This document shows positions 9,032 to 17,043 of a stretch of DNA of 64,000 nucleotides, in pieces. Every line of letters begins with the position of its first letter. Position 1 is the stretch's first letter. A model generated the notes under the pieces. It saw only the letters and a list, made by a program, of their open reading frames with translations, made no database searches and was not told where the DNA came from. This DNA comes from Bryobacterales bacterium. Its GTDB lineage: Bacteria > Acidobacteriota > Terriglobia > Bryobacterales > UBA6623. Where the stretch lies: positions 416,647 through 480,646 of the forward strand of contig CBDDCT010000005.1 in assembly GCA_965226185.1 (NCBI GenBank). The letters are read 5' to 3'. Both the position numbers and the translations under genes were made by a program.

Positions 9032-9076
9032 AAAAGGAGATTACCACTTTTTCTTGGTTCTGTCAATCTCCATTTT
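9032..9076 (-). promoter_or_regulatory. Sigma70 promoter bracketed by an inverted-repeat operator
   Basis: TTGACA (9066-9061), 17 bp, TAATCT (9043-9038). AAAA-GGAGATT ... AATCTCC-A-TTTT flanks both boxes. Confidence 0.75.
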
Positions 9077-9078
9077 CG

Positions 9079-9120
9079 GGGGTCCGTCTCGGTTTGACTG
9101 GGGTCCGTCTCGGTTTGACT
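9079..9120. repeat. Perfect 21-bp tandem duplication
   Basis: GGGGTCCGTCTCGGTTTGACT x2. Confidence 0.95.
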
Positions 9121-9161
9121 GAACGTTAAGTGCAACTATGCTGCTGGTAGGGGCGAGGGCG

Positions 9162-10415
9162 TTACGAGTTTTCGGCCTTCTTGCCCCGGCCCGGCAGCCC
9201 GGCGGGGTTTTCATGCACCCGCTCTTGCCTGCCGTGTTTCATGGCTGCCGCCAGGCCGACCGCGGATTCGCCGAAGCGGTCGCGAAGCGCGTCAGCGGCC
9301 TTCAGGGCGCGGCTCCACTTTTGCTTGCGGGGCGCTTCCACCCAGTTGAGCTGGCCTTCCTCGGGTTGGAGCGTCCCGACGTGAACGCCCAGCAAACGGA
9401 CCGGCCGCCCCTTTTTCCAGTTTCGCTGGAATAATTGGCGGACGGTTTCGAGGATCACCGTGTCGAGCTGGGTTGACTCTTGAAGCGAGCGGGCGCGCGT
9501 GATCGTCGAAAAATCCGAGTAGCGCAGCTTGAGCTGAACCGTCCGGCCATAAAGACGATGCTCGCGCAAGCGCCGCCCAACGAGCTGCACCAGTTTCGCC
9601 AGCGTGGCGTTGATCAGATCGATATCGGCCGTGTCTTCGCGAAAGGTGGTTTCGTGACTGATGGACTTGGGCTCATCACGGGTTCCAATAGCGCCTTCCA
9701 GCCAGGCGCCAGCGTCGATACCCTTCGATTTACCGGCCAGCGCCAGGCCGGCCTTGCCCCAGGCGCTTTCCAAAAACTTTCGATCCAGCTTGGCCAGTTG
9801 TCCGATTTTACGGATGCCGCGGCCGTGAAGGCTCTTGCGGGCCACCGTGCCGACGCCGGGGATCTTGCCGACCTCCAGCGGCGCCAGGAAAACGGCCTCA
9901 TTGCCGGGGACGACGAACAAAACACCGTTCGGTTTGGCCATTGCCGAACAGACCTTGGCGACCAGCCGCGATGTCCCCGCACCGATCGAGCAAGGCAGTT
10001 GCGTCGCCTCGCGAATCGCTTCGTGAATTCGATGAGCGGCCTCGAGCGGCGGTCCCAAAAGGCGTGTGGAGCCGCCCATGTCCAAGTACGCCTCGTCAAT
10101 GGAAACCATCTCCACTTTAGGAGAAAACTTCCCCAAGACCGCATGCACTTTGTGGGAGTAGTCACGGTAACGATCCGGATGGCCGGGGATGAAAACCGCC
10201 CGCGGGCAGAGGCGCGAAGCGCGCCGCAGGGGCATGGCCGAGTGAATCCCGAATCTTCGGGCGGCATAGGAAGCGGCCGAAACCACGCCGCGCTCATTCG
10301 GGCGGCCGCCGACAACAACCGGCTTGCCTTTTAGGCTGGGGTCGAAAAGCTCTTCGACCGACACAAAAAAGGCGTCCATATCGACATGAAAAATAGTTCG
10401 TTCCAGCAAGGCCAC
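9162..10415 (-). CDS. dinB: DNA polymerase IV (Y family)
   Basis: HVDMDAFFVSVE, SAASYAARRFGIHSAMP, SIDEAYLD, KPNG and a little-finger domain. Confidence 0.97.
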   Translation of the reverse strand: MALLERTIFHVDMDAFFVSVEELFDPSLKGKPVVVGGRPNERGVVSAASYAARRFGIHSAMPLRRASRLCPRAVFIPGHPDRYRDYSHKVHAVLGKFSPKVEMVSIDEAYLDMGGSTRLLGPPLEAAHRIHEAIREATQLPCSIGAGTSRLVAKVCSAMAKPNGVLFVVPGNEAVFLAPLEVGKIPGVGTVARKSLHGRGIRKIGQLAKLDRKFLESAWGKAGLALAGKSKGIDAGAWLEGAIGTRDEPKSISHETTFREDTADIDLINATLAKLVQLVGRRLREHRLYGRTVQLKLRYSDFSTITRARSLQESTQLDTVILETVRQLFQRNWKKGRPVRLLGVHVGTLQPEEGQLNWVEAPRKQKWSRALKAADALRDRFGESAVGLAAAMKHGRQERVHENPAGLPGRGKKAENS

Positions 10416-10480
10416 CTAGTGGGGACCGGCAATCCTGCCGGTCCATCGCCGCAACGCGGCGACGCAGAGATCCACGCACG
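10416..10480. repeat. REP element, family A (GTRG-GACCGGCAATCYTGCCGGTC)
   Basis: Palindromic core. Near-identical in reverse complement to 45165-45229. Abuts the dinB start. Confidence 0.8.
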
Positions 10481-10536
10481 AAACGCGCGGCGAATGCCAA
10501 CGCCCAACGCTACGCCGGGCGGGTCCGCGGCCGCGG

Positions 10537-11604
10537 CTAAAAACCAAGTGCATCCACCGCGTAAGCCAGCGACCTGCGCACGTTCTCGTCTTCGAGACTC
10601 AACTGTTGCTCGGCGTCCATCTCGCTGACCAGCGGCAAAGCTTCTTCCCGCTGATTCTGGCGGACCCAGCCTAACGTGCGACCGACGCGCCAACCGGGAA
10701 GCTTCGGGAGGCTCATCCAATAGCCGTCCGTGAGAAACGGCACCTCGATTGGATCGCCGGCGATCACATCGAGGCTGAAAGTAGCAGCGGGCCTCGCCTG
10801 ACGAACGAACTGAACGATCTTCGGCAGATCAAGAATCCCTTCGCCCAGCGGCGCCTCCGCAATTCGGTAGCCGTGCTCGTACTCCTCCACCGCAACGTCC
10901 TTGAGGTGAACGGAATACGCGTAGGGAGCCAGCGCCGCCACTACCTCCATGGGAGATTCGAGCAGCGCCAAACCATTCGCCGGATCAATACAAACTCCCA
11001 AAAACTCGCTGCTGATGCTCTTGACAAAACTCCTCAACTCGTCGAGCCGCAAATCGCGATGGTTTTCGAGCGCCAAGCGCATTCTCTGTTTACGAAGCAT
11101 CGGTTCGGCGAGTGTCAGCGACTTCCAGGACTGAGCGGCGAAAGTCTTGACCGCCTCTTCGCTGTCAAATATTCTGTAGCGCGGACTGTCCATCATCGAC
11201 GCGCGAACGACCGTGGCGCCGGCATTGCGCGCGGCCCGAAGAGCATCCTGAAACGGCGAGAGATCGCACTGATCCCGCGGCAGCGAAACCGAAGCTTCCA
11301 CATACATACCCGCCGACTCGGCGGCCCGGCGCACCTTGCCCGGCGAGGCCGCTTCGATCCATTCCACCGGCACTTGGATACCGCCCGCCCCTTTCCCCTG
11401 GCAAACGCCCAGGAAATTGACAGCGTTTGCAAACGCCTCGTCGCCGCCGGTACTGCGTGAAGCGCGGGCGCCCAGCCGGTAAGATTCCCATGTGATTCCC
11501 ATCTGGCTGCGAGGGGCCGGCGCGGCAGGCGCGCCCGCGGCAGAGACCGCCAACCACATCGGACTGCTTCCGGCGATAGAGAGCCAATGCCTGCGGTTCA
11601 ACAT
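10537..11604 (-). CDS. Sugar phosphate isomerase/epimerase (xylose isomerase-like TIM barrel), Tat-exported
   Basis: LNRRHWL signal, LALENHRD, CIDPANG and VHLKD motifs. AGGAGA RBS precedes ATG 11604. Confidence 0.88.
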   Translation of the reverse strand: MLNRRHWLSIAGSSPMWLAVSAAGAPAAPAPRSQMGITWESYRLGARASRSTGGDEAFANAVNFLGVCQGKGAGGIQVPVEWIEAASPGKVRRAAESAGMYVEASVSLPRDQCDLSPFQDALRAARNAGATVVRASMMDSPRYRIFDSEEAVKTFAAQSWKSLTLAEPMLRKQRMRLALENHRDLRLDELRSFVKSISSEFLGVCIDPANGLALLESPMEVVAALAPYAYSVHLKDVAVEEYEHGYRIAEAPLGEGILDLPKIVQFVRQARPAATFSLDVIAGDPIEVPFLTDGYWMSLPKLPGWRVGRTLGWVRQNQREEALPLVSEMDAEQQLSLEDENVRRSLAYAVDALGF

Positions 11605-11694
11605 GAGTTGTTCTCCTGTTAGCCAATCATCGCGGGCCCGCCGGCTACCGTGGTGCACGGCTCCGCCGTGCCGCGTTGGGCCTTCGGCCCACCG

Positions 11695-11841
11695 TCTCTC
11701 GCAAGAAGCCGGTTTTTCGCGCAGCGTCCTCCGCCCCGATTCTTTCACATTCCCTGACCGTCACCGCCCGGAATCCGGGATTCAAGGGACCATCATCCGG
11801 AGCCGCAACCCAACTCGGAACTTGCCCGTTGAGGCGAGAAT
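11695..11841 (-). ncRNA. Candidate structured non-coding RNA (unassigned)
   Basis: Nested helices TCTCGC/GCGAGA, CAAG/CTTG, GAGTTGG/CCGGCTT, GCTCCG/CGGGGC, TCCCT-GA/TCAGGGA and CCCGG/CCGGG. G-U pairs form only on the minus strand. Confidence 0.4.
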
Positions 11842-11847
11842 TTGTAG

Positions 11848-12714
11848 CTAGTCTTCCAACTTCACGCCGATCTTGTCAGCGAGTTGCCTTATCCACTTGT
11901 CGTGCCTGTTATAGCCGGACTGGAGAGTAGCGGCTTCGGTTTTCCAGTCTTCGCTTACCGCCCTAGGAGCGAGCGACTCGAAGTGTTGCGCCTCCTGCGG
12001 CAACCCTATCTGCACGAAGTGTTTCGCTAGTCCCCAAGGTCCAGACAAGAACTGTCGGGACCTCTCAAGGAGCGTTGCTCGATCCCGCTCGGTGGGAATA
12101 CAGAAGTAGAACCGAACCGACTGGCGCTTGAAGACGAATGCCCACGGATGAGTTGCCCCAGGCAGTCGTGACAACCTGTCGATCTCCGCTTCGACCTGGT
12201 CTTGTGCATGACCCTTGCGTGTCGAGTGGTGATAGACCAACACGCTCTTTCCCGATTCTAGGTACGGCGTAATCTCCTCGAAGTACACGTATTTCTGGCC
12301 TCGTTTCGTCAACGGTCGAGCCGAGCGGCATTCAAGGCCGTTGTCAGGGTCCAAGAAGACCAAATCGGCGTCGCTGACTGCCTTATTCGCGTGCTTGTTG
12401 TACAGAGCCCTGTCACGAAAGGTGAGTGGAGTTTCAAAGAAACTCGTTCCTGCTGGCAAGATTGCTCTACGGCGAATCGCCTCGACATTCCGGTCGTCTT
12501 CATCGACTATTGCTTCAAGTTTGTCGAATAAGACGCAATCACATGGTCGAAGCTTGCGGCTCTTCAGGTAGCCGATGCGTTTACCGTCATTATTGGACTC
12601 TGCGTCGGGGTTGAGGTACCAAACGACCCCGAGGCGCAAGTCATCCCTCGCCAGTGCCTTCAGCAGTCCGTACTTGCCAAAATCTCCGACGTCGCCAACA
12701 TAGCGGTTCTGCAT
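11848..12714 (-). CDS. Conserved hypothetical protein, possible SAM-dependent methyltransferase fold
   Basis: MQNRYVGDVGDFGKYGLL N-terminus and DLVFLDPDNGL motif. Confidence 0.7.
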   Translation of the reverse strand: MQNRYVGDVGDFGKYGLLKALARDDLRLGVVWYLNPDAESNNDGKRIGYLKSRKLRPCDCVLFDKLEAIVDEDDRNVEAIRRRAILPAGTSFFETPLTFRDRALYNKHANKAVSDADLVFLDPDNGLECRSARPLTKRGQKYVYFEEITPYLESGKSVLVYHHSTRKGHAQDQVEAEIDRLSRLPGATHPWAFVFKRQSVRFYFCIPTERDRATLLERSRQFLSGPWGLAKHFVQIGLPQEAQHFESLAPRAVSEDWKTEAATLQSGYNRHDKWIRQLADKIGVKLED

Positions 12715-13148
12715 GTCTACCGAGATTATTTCACACAAGGTCGATGCTTGTCGGCCTGTCTCTGCCGCAGGCTCGGTCTGTTTTCGCTCAGGCATCCTGA
12801 TAGGGATGACGAGCCGAAGCCAACCGTTAGGTAGGCCCTAAGGTACGGTTTCTCGGCTGGCTGACACCCGACGCATAAGGGGGCAAAGTGAGAGTTCGAG
12901 GCGTCGCCATTTTTAGGTGAAAGACGACACCTAGCGTCTAGCAAGCACGGTCATCCAACCTGTGTCCAGCTAGCTAAGCGAGGTCTTGGCCAATCCAAAA
13001 AAAAAGGTCCCAGCGTGAATTGTCTGCAATTTCCTGCAATCTTGTAAGGAAACTCTGTAGAGACAAGCTGCGGCAACCCTCCACTCGTATCGCCAGTCCT
13101 CCACATCTGTTGAGCGTGGCCGTTGAGAGTTATTCCGCGGCCGCGGAT

Positions 13149-13421
13149 CTAGAACTCGATGGCGAACGCCTTGCGGGCTTGGAGGGGAGCCTCGCTCTCT
13201 TCGACATTCTCCACCCGGCCGAATCGCGGGCCTGACCACAACTGCTTCTTGAGCGCCCCCAGTTGCTTGGAGTCGCCAATCGCGTAGACTTCCACGCTCC
13301 CGTCGAAGCGGTTCTTGACGTAGCCGGCAACCCCCAGCCGCTGCGCGCAATCTTCGACGAAATAGCGAAATCCCACGCCCTGCACCCGGCCCCGAACGAC
13401 GTACCGCCGAGCCTGTTCCAC
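13149..13421 (-). CDS. acyP: Acylphosphatase
   Basis: VRGRVQGVGFRY and GYVKNRFDGSVEV signatures. Confidence 0.95.
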   Translation of the reverse strand: MEQARRYVVRGRVQGVGFRYFVEDCAQRLGVAGYVKNRFDGSVEVYAIGDSKQLGALKKQLWSGPRFGRVENVEESEAPLQARKAFAIEF

Positions 13422-13575
13422 ATTTCTATCCGTGCCGTCCAAACTGGGAAATCCTTACACGGTGATGAAAGAACTACCGCCCCGCGGGAATCCGTCGTGC
13501 CACCCGTTGACTCCACGCTCCCTGGAATCAATGGTGGCCGGCTTTGGCACGGCCCGTGCATCAGCGTGCCGAGTC

Positions 13576-13710
13576 ATGCTGCTGCCCGCCCTCATCCTCG
13601 GAGTATTGATCGGCTCTTTCACGCTGGCGTTCGTGCTGGAGTGGGGGCTGCTGAAGCTCATCGTTCGGGTGATGGGACAGGCGGCGGATCGACATACCCC
13701 GTTCCATTAG
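13576..13710 (+). CDS. 44-aa single-pass membrane protein
   Basis: MLLPALILGVLIGSFTLAFVLEWGLLKLIVRVMGQAADRHTPFH; divergent from acyP. Confidence 0.6.
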   Translation: MLLPALILGVLIGSFTLAFVLEWGLLKLIVRVMGQAADRHTPFH

Positions 13711-13865
13711 ATGGATTTGGAATAGATGGAACCGGGGGCTTCTCCTATTTCTTTCGCTCAGCCCCGCGGGATTTGATCCCGGCGACCCCGGGAACGCCTC
13801 CCCTCCCGTGGGGCTCTTTTTCGGAACCCTGAGGGCCCTCCGCTTGCGGCTTCGTGTTCGCGGGA

Positions 13866-14000
13866 TTACTTGCGCGCGCCGCGGCGCGGCTTCTTCACGC
13901 GGGATTGGCGCAGTTTTCGTGGTTTGCGTTTTGGTTTGGAGATGTTGAACGTGCCGCTTCCGATCGCTTCGCTTTTGTACCCCTTGTCGTTGTCTGCCAT
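13866..14000 (-). CDS. 44-aa highly basic small protein (absent from the ORF track)
   Basis: Manual translation MADNDKGYKSEAIGSGTFNISKPKRKPRKLRQSRVKKPRRGARK*. TAGGAG RBS lies 4 nt before the ATG. Confidence 0.72.
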   Translation of the reverse strand: MADNDKGYKSEAIGSGTFNISKPKRKPRKLRQSRVKKPRRGARK

Positions 14001-14070
14001 ATAGCTCCTACGAAATTCATTCTAGCCTAGTTTCCGGACGCAGCCTCGGAACCGGACTTTGCGAGCGGAC

Positions 14071-15603
14071 TCACCGGACCCGGTCAAACAATCCGCTCGC
14101 GCCGTCGATGACTTTTTGCGCGGCCCCCGGACCGTAGAGCGTCCGCTCGACTTCGTAGCCTCCGAAGGTGTACTCACTCGCGATCGGCATATAGCCACCG
14201 CCAACCCCGTCCGAGTAGCCGCAAAACATCGTGTAGGCGAACGGCGAGGCCTTCTTGACCGCGGCGCCGATCTCGCCGAAGGGCTCGCCCGGCATGGCGG
14301 CAATCGCCAGGTCTCCAATACGCAGCATTTCGACCTCGACCTGGCGAGGACTGGGGTCGGCCGGCTGCTTCCACTTCGCTAGCAGATCCGCGAAGCGGCG
14401 AACGCGCACGGCGGCTTGACGCCGCTTCCATCCATCCGCCGCCGTCCCGGTTTGATCGAGCTGTTTCTTGGCCCTGGCTAGGCGCTTTTCCATGCCCTCG
14501 ATCTCCTCGGCTGAGTAGGATCGGCGGGGCACATCAATCAGTGTTGACGCAAACCGCAGCGTGGCGTCGCGGGGACCCTTCACTCGCCAGTGCTGTTTGG
14601 CTTGGTAGGCGGTGGATTCGACGAAGCCTTCAAACGCCGGCTCGCGCCGCACGGTTTCAATCTGCATGGCGAGGGCGGCAATCTGGTGTCCCAGGATCGC
14701 CCCCAGGCGGTGGGGCACGGCCAAGTCTCCGGTGAACCCCTCGATCGGCCCTTGATTGCCCGCGGCCCCTTGAAAGAATAAACACGTCGCGCCGGGGAAG
14801 GCCTTTTCGACGACCTTGCGCGTCATCCCGACCCAGTCAGGCGAAATGAACTTGTTTTCGTAGGCCAGCACGGTACCGTGGCACTGGAAGTTCGCCAGGA
14901 TAGCGTAGGGATTGCCCTGAGCGTCATCGATCCGGAAGACGACCAACTCCCGGTCCACGAAACCGTCCGGGTTCCTGCCGACAGCCGGCGGGTCTTCCCC
15001 GCGGGCACGGACCCGGCGGTTGATATTGATCGTGCCCGTCCCGCGAGCGCCGTACATGTGCGCCGGCCGCAGGTTGGCGTTGGCCTCGATGATGGCGCCG
15101 GCCACTTTATCCACAATCTGAAGGCGGTATCGCTCGACCATGTCGCGGTGGGAGGTCAAATCCACGCCCGGCAGCCCCTTGGCGGCCGACACCGCCGCTC
15201 CCGCATGCGTATGCGTGGCCGCCAGCCGGATGTGTGCCCTCGGAATACCGGTCTGCTCCGAGGCCCGGCCGATCGCTTCCTCGAGACCCGCGGTGAACAG
15301 GCGGTCGATGTCGACCATGGCGAACTTTTGCCGGCCGTCGGACAAGACCAGGGCCGTGGCAACCATGCCGGCTGGGTCCACGCCGACTGATTCGATGTGA
15401 GACTGTGAACCCCAATTCATTTGCGCGATGCCCACGGGAGGCGTGATATCGGCACGTGCGACCCCGGCTAGCAATCCCGAAGGCTTGGCGTCTTTCGGAC
15501 CCTGCTCAACCGTGTCGGCACGTCCGAGCGTGCCGGACATGAGCGCGGCAATGAGCGCGGCCGGCAGCAGCGTGCTGAATCGTGTACCCCTGCGATCGTT
15601 CAT
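14071..15603 (-). CDS. Neutral/alkaline ceramidase N-terminal-domain hydrolase, exported
   Basis: Signal peptide, AGVARADITPP, ATHTHAG, NFQCHGTV, FFQGAAGN, PGEPF and GGYE. Confidence 0.85.
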   Translation of the reverse strand: MNDRRGTRFSTLLPAALIAALMSGTLGRADTVEQGPKDAKPSGLLAGVARADITPPVGIAQMNWGSQSHIESVGVDPAGMVATALVLSDGRQKFAMVDIDRLFTAGLEEAIGRASEQTGIPRAHIRLAATHTHAGAAVSAAKGLPGVDLTSHRDMVERYRLQIVDKVAGAIIEANANLRPAHMYGARGTGTININRRVRARGEDPPAVGRNPDGFVDRELVVFRIDDAQGNPYAILANFQCHGTVLAYENKFISPDWVGMTRKVVEKAFPGATCLFFQGAAGNQGPIEGFTGDLAVPHRLGAILGHQIAALAMQIETVRREPAFEGFVESTAYQAKQHWRVKGPRDATLRFASTLIDVPRRSYSAEEIEGMEKRLARAKKQLDQTGTAADGWKRRQAAVRVRRFADLLAKWKQPADPSPRQVEVEMLRIGDLAIAAMPGEPFGEIGAAVKKASPFAYTMFCGYSDGVGGGYMPIASEYTFGGYEVERTLYGPGAAQKVIDGASGLFDRVR

Positions 15604-15835
15604 TTCATTTCTCCGTTGGGTCGTTGTTCTCGAACCCCCGTAGCGCGGGTCTCTTACGACCCCCGCGCTACGGATTTTTCATCATGCTCCCGCAGGCTGC
15701 CAGAATCCTTACGGAAGGATTGTGGCCCCGTGAGCCAGCTTCTCTTCGGCTCCACGCTACAATATTCTATACCAGGAGCGCCAAAGGTTTTGATTCTCCG
15801 GGCAATGAGCCTGCTGGCGAAAAAAATGCAGGCTA

Positions 15836-16675
15836 GTGCGATCCCCGCCCGGACCCCTCCGCGTGCAACATCTCTTCGATGAATGGCCCCAGGTTCGCGT
15901 GGCGCTGGAAGCGTCGGCTCACTGGCTCGTCATGCTCGATTTTGACGGTACGCTGGCTCCGATCGTAGCGCACCCCGATCAGGCGGTTCTCCCCGCCGCG
16001 ACGAAACAGCACCTCTCCAAGCTGGCGGCGTCATCTGGAATCAGCGTGACCATCCTGAGCGGCCGCTCGATTGCCGATCTTCACCCGAGAATTGGAATTG
16101 ACGGACTCGAGTTCAGCGGTAATCATGGCCGCGAGCGCTGGAAGCCGGGATCGCCCCGGTCCGAACTCGACTCCTCCGTCAGGGCGATTGTCGCCCAGGT
16201 GTGTGAGCAGATCAGCCATCAGGCCGCGGGGATTCCCGGGGTCTTCGTCGAAGACAAGGGGCTCACTGCGTCTTTGCATTATCGTCAGGTCCCGATGGAA
16301 TTTCATGTCAAGATCCGCAACGTGGTGGATGAAGTCGGGCGAATCTTTGGAAATGCAATCGAGATCTCGGAAGGGAAGCGCGTATTCGACTTTTTCCCCG
16401 CGGACGACACGAACAAAGGCAAGGCCGCCATGGCGCTGCTCGCCGAAAGGGGAGGCGCCGCGGAGGTGCTGCCCATCTACTGTGGCGACGACACGACCGA
16501 CGAGACGGTGTTCCGGGCGCTTCCCCCGGAGTCGGTCACCGTTTTCGTGGGGAACGGTGAAACTCCATCCGCCGCCCGTTACCGGGTGGACGACACAACT
16601 GAAGTCGCGGAGTTCTTGCGGCGACTTGCCTCGCTGCGCGGCGCATCTCCGACGAGAGCGCAGCCGATTCGGTAA
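15836..16675 (+). CDS. otsB: Trehalose-6-phosphate phosphatase
   Basis: HAD motifs LDFDGTLAPI, SGR, GNHG, EDKG...LHYR, NKGKA and GDDTTDE. Confidence 0.93.
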   Translation: MRSPPGPLRVQHLFDEWPQVRVALEASAHWLVMLDFDGTLAPIVAHPDQAVLPAATKQHLSKLAASSGISVTILSGRSIADLHPRIGIDGLEFSGNHGRERWKPGSPRSELDSSVRAIVAQVCEQISHQAAGIPGVFVEDKGLTASLHYRQVPMEFHVKIRNVVDEVGRIFGNAIEISEGKRVFDFFPADDTNKGKAAMALLAERGGAAEVLPIYCGDDTTDETVFRALPPESVTVFVGNGETPSAARYRVDDTTEVAEFLRRLASLRGASPTRAQPIR

Positions 16676-16849
16676 GCGGCACAAGCGGCGCCGCTTTGCT
16701 TGCGCGGCCGCTTTGCTTGCGTGGTTCGATGGAGGCGTGATAGCATCAAATCAGTTGGCCTTGAGCATCACTTGGGATGCTGAACGCCTTCCGCGGGAAG
16801 CCATTTCATCCTGCCTGAGCGGAATCCCGCTTTCATCCAAACCTAAACC

Positions 16850-16926
16850 GGGGACGTAGTTCAGTTGGTTAGAACGCTGGCCTGTCACGCCGGAGGTCGC
16901 GGGTTCGAGTCCCGTCGTCCCCGCCA
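16850..16926 (+). tRNA. tRNA-Asp (GTC)
   Basis: GGGGACG/CGTCCCC acceptor stem, anticodon loop CTGTCAC, T-loop GGTTCGAGTCC, encoded CCA; 77 nt. Confidence 0.98.
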
Positions 16927-17043
16927 TGGTTTAGTACCCGTATAGTCAAATTCTTGCCGAACCCGAAACAGAGCCCAGAACGCCAGTGACGGGTCCTGGG
17001 GTCAAGTCCGCCAAACTTAGGTTGATCTTCTCCGCCCAACCGG

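Noticed and set aside
9079-9120. Possible CRISPR array
   Set aside because: Only two abutting copies, no spacer and no cas genes. No CRISPR array was seen anywhere in the window.
11740-11800. Hammerhead ribozyme, cobalamin or fluoride riboswitch
   Set aside because: The core reads CGGAUGA rather than CUGAUGA, stem II does not close, and the B12 box and fluoride consensus are missing. Kept only as an unassigned RNA.
12800-13140. Intergenic CTGCAAT direct repeat and A9 run
   Set aside because: Too short to support a regulatory or phase-variation call.
16850-17043. tRNA-Asp as an island integration site
   Set aside because: No duplicated tRNA 3' end was seen and no integrase is adjacent; xerD at 26 kb is the housekeeping type.
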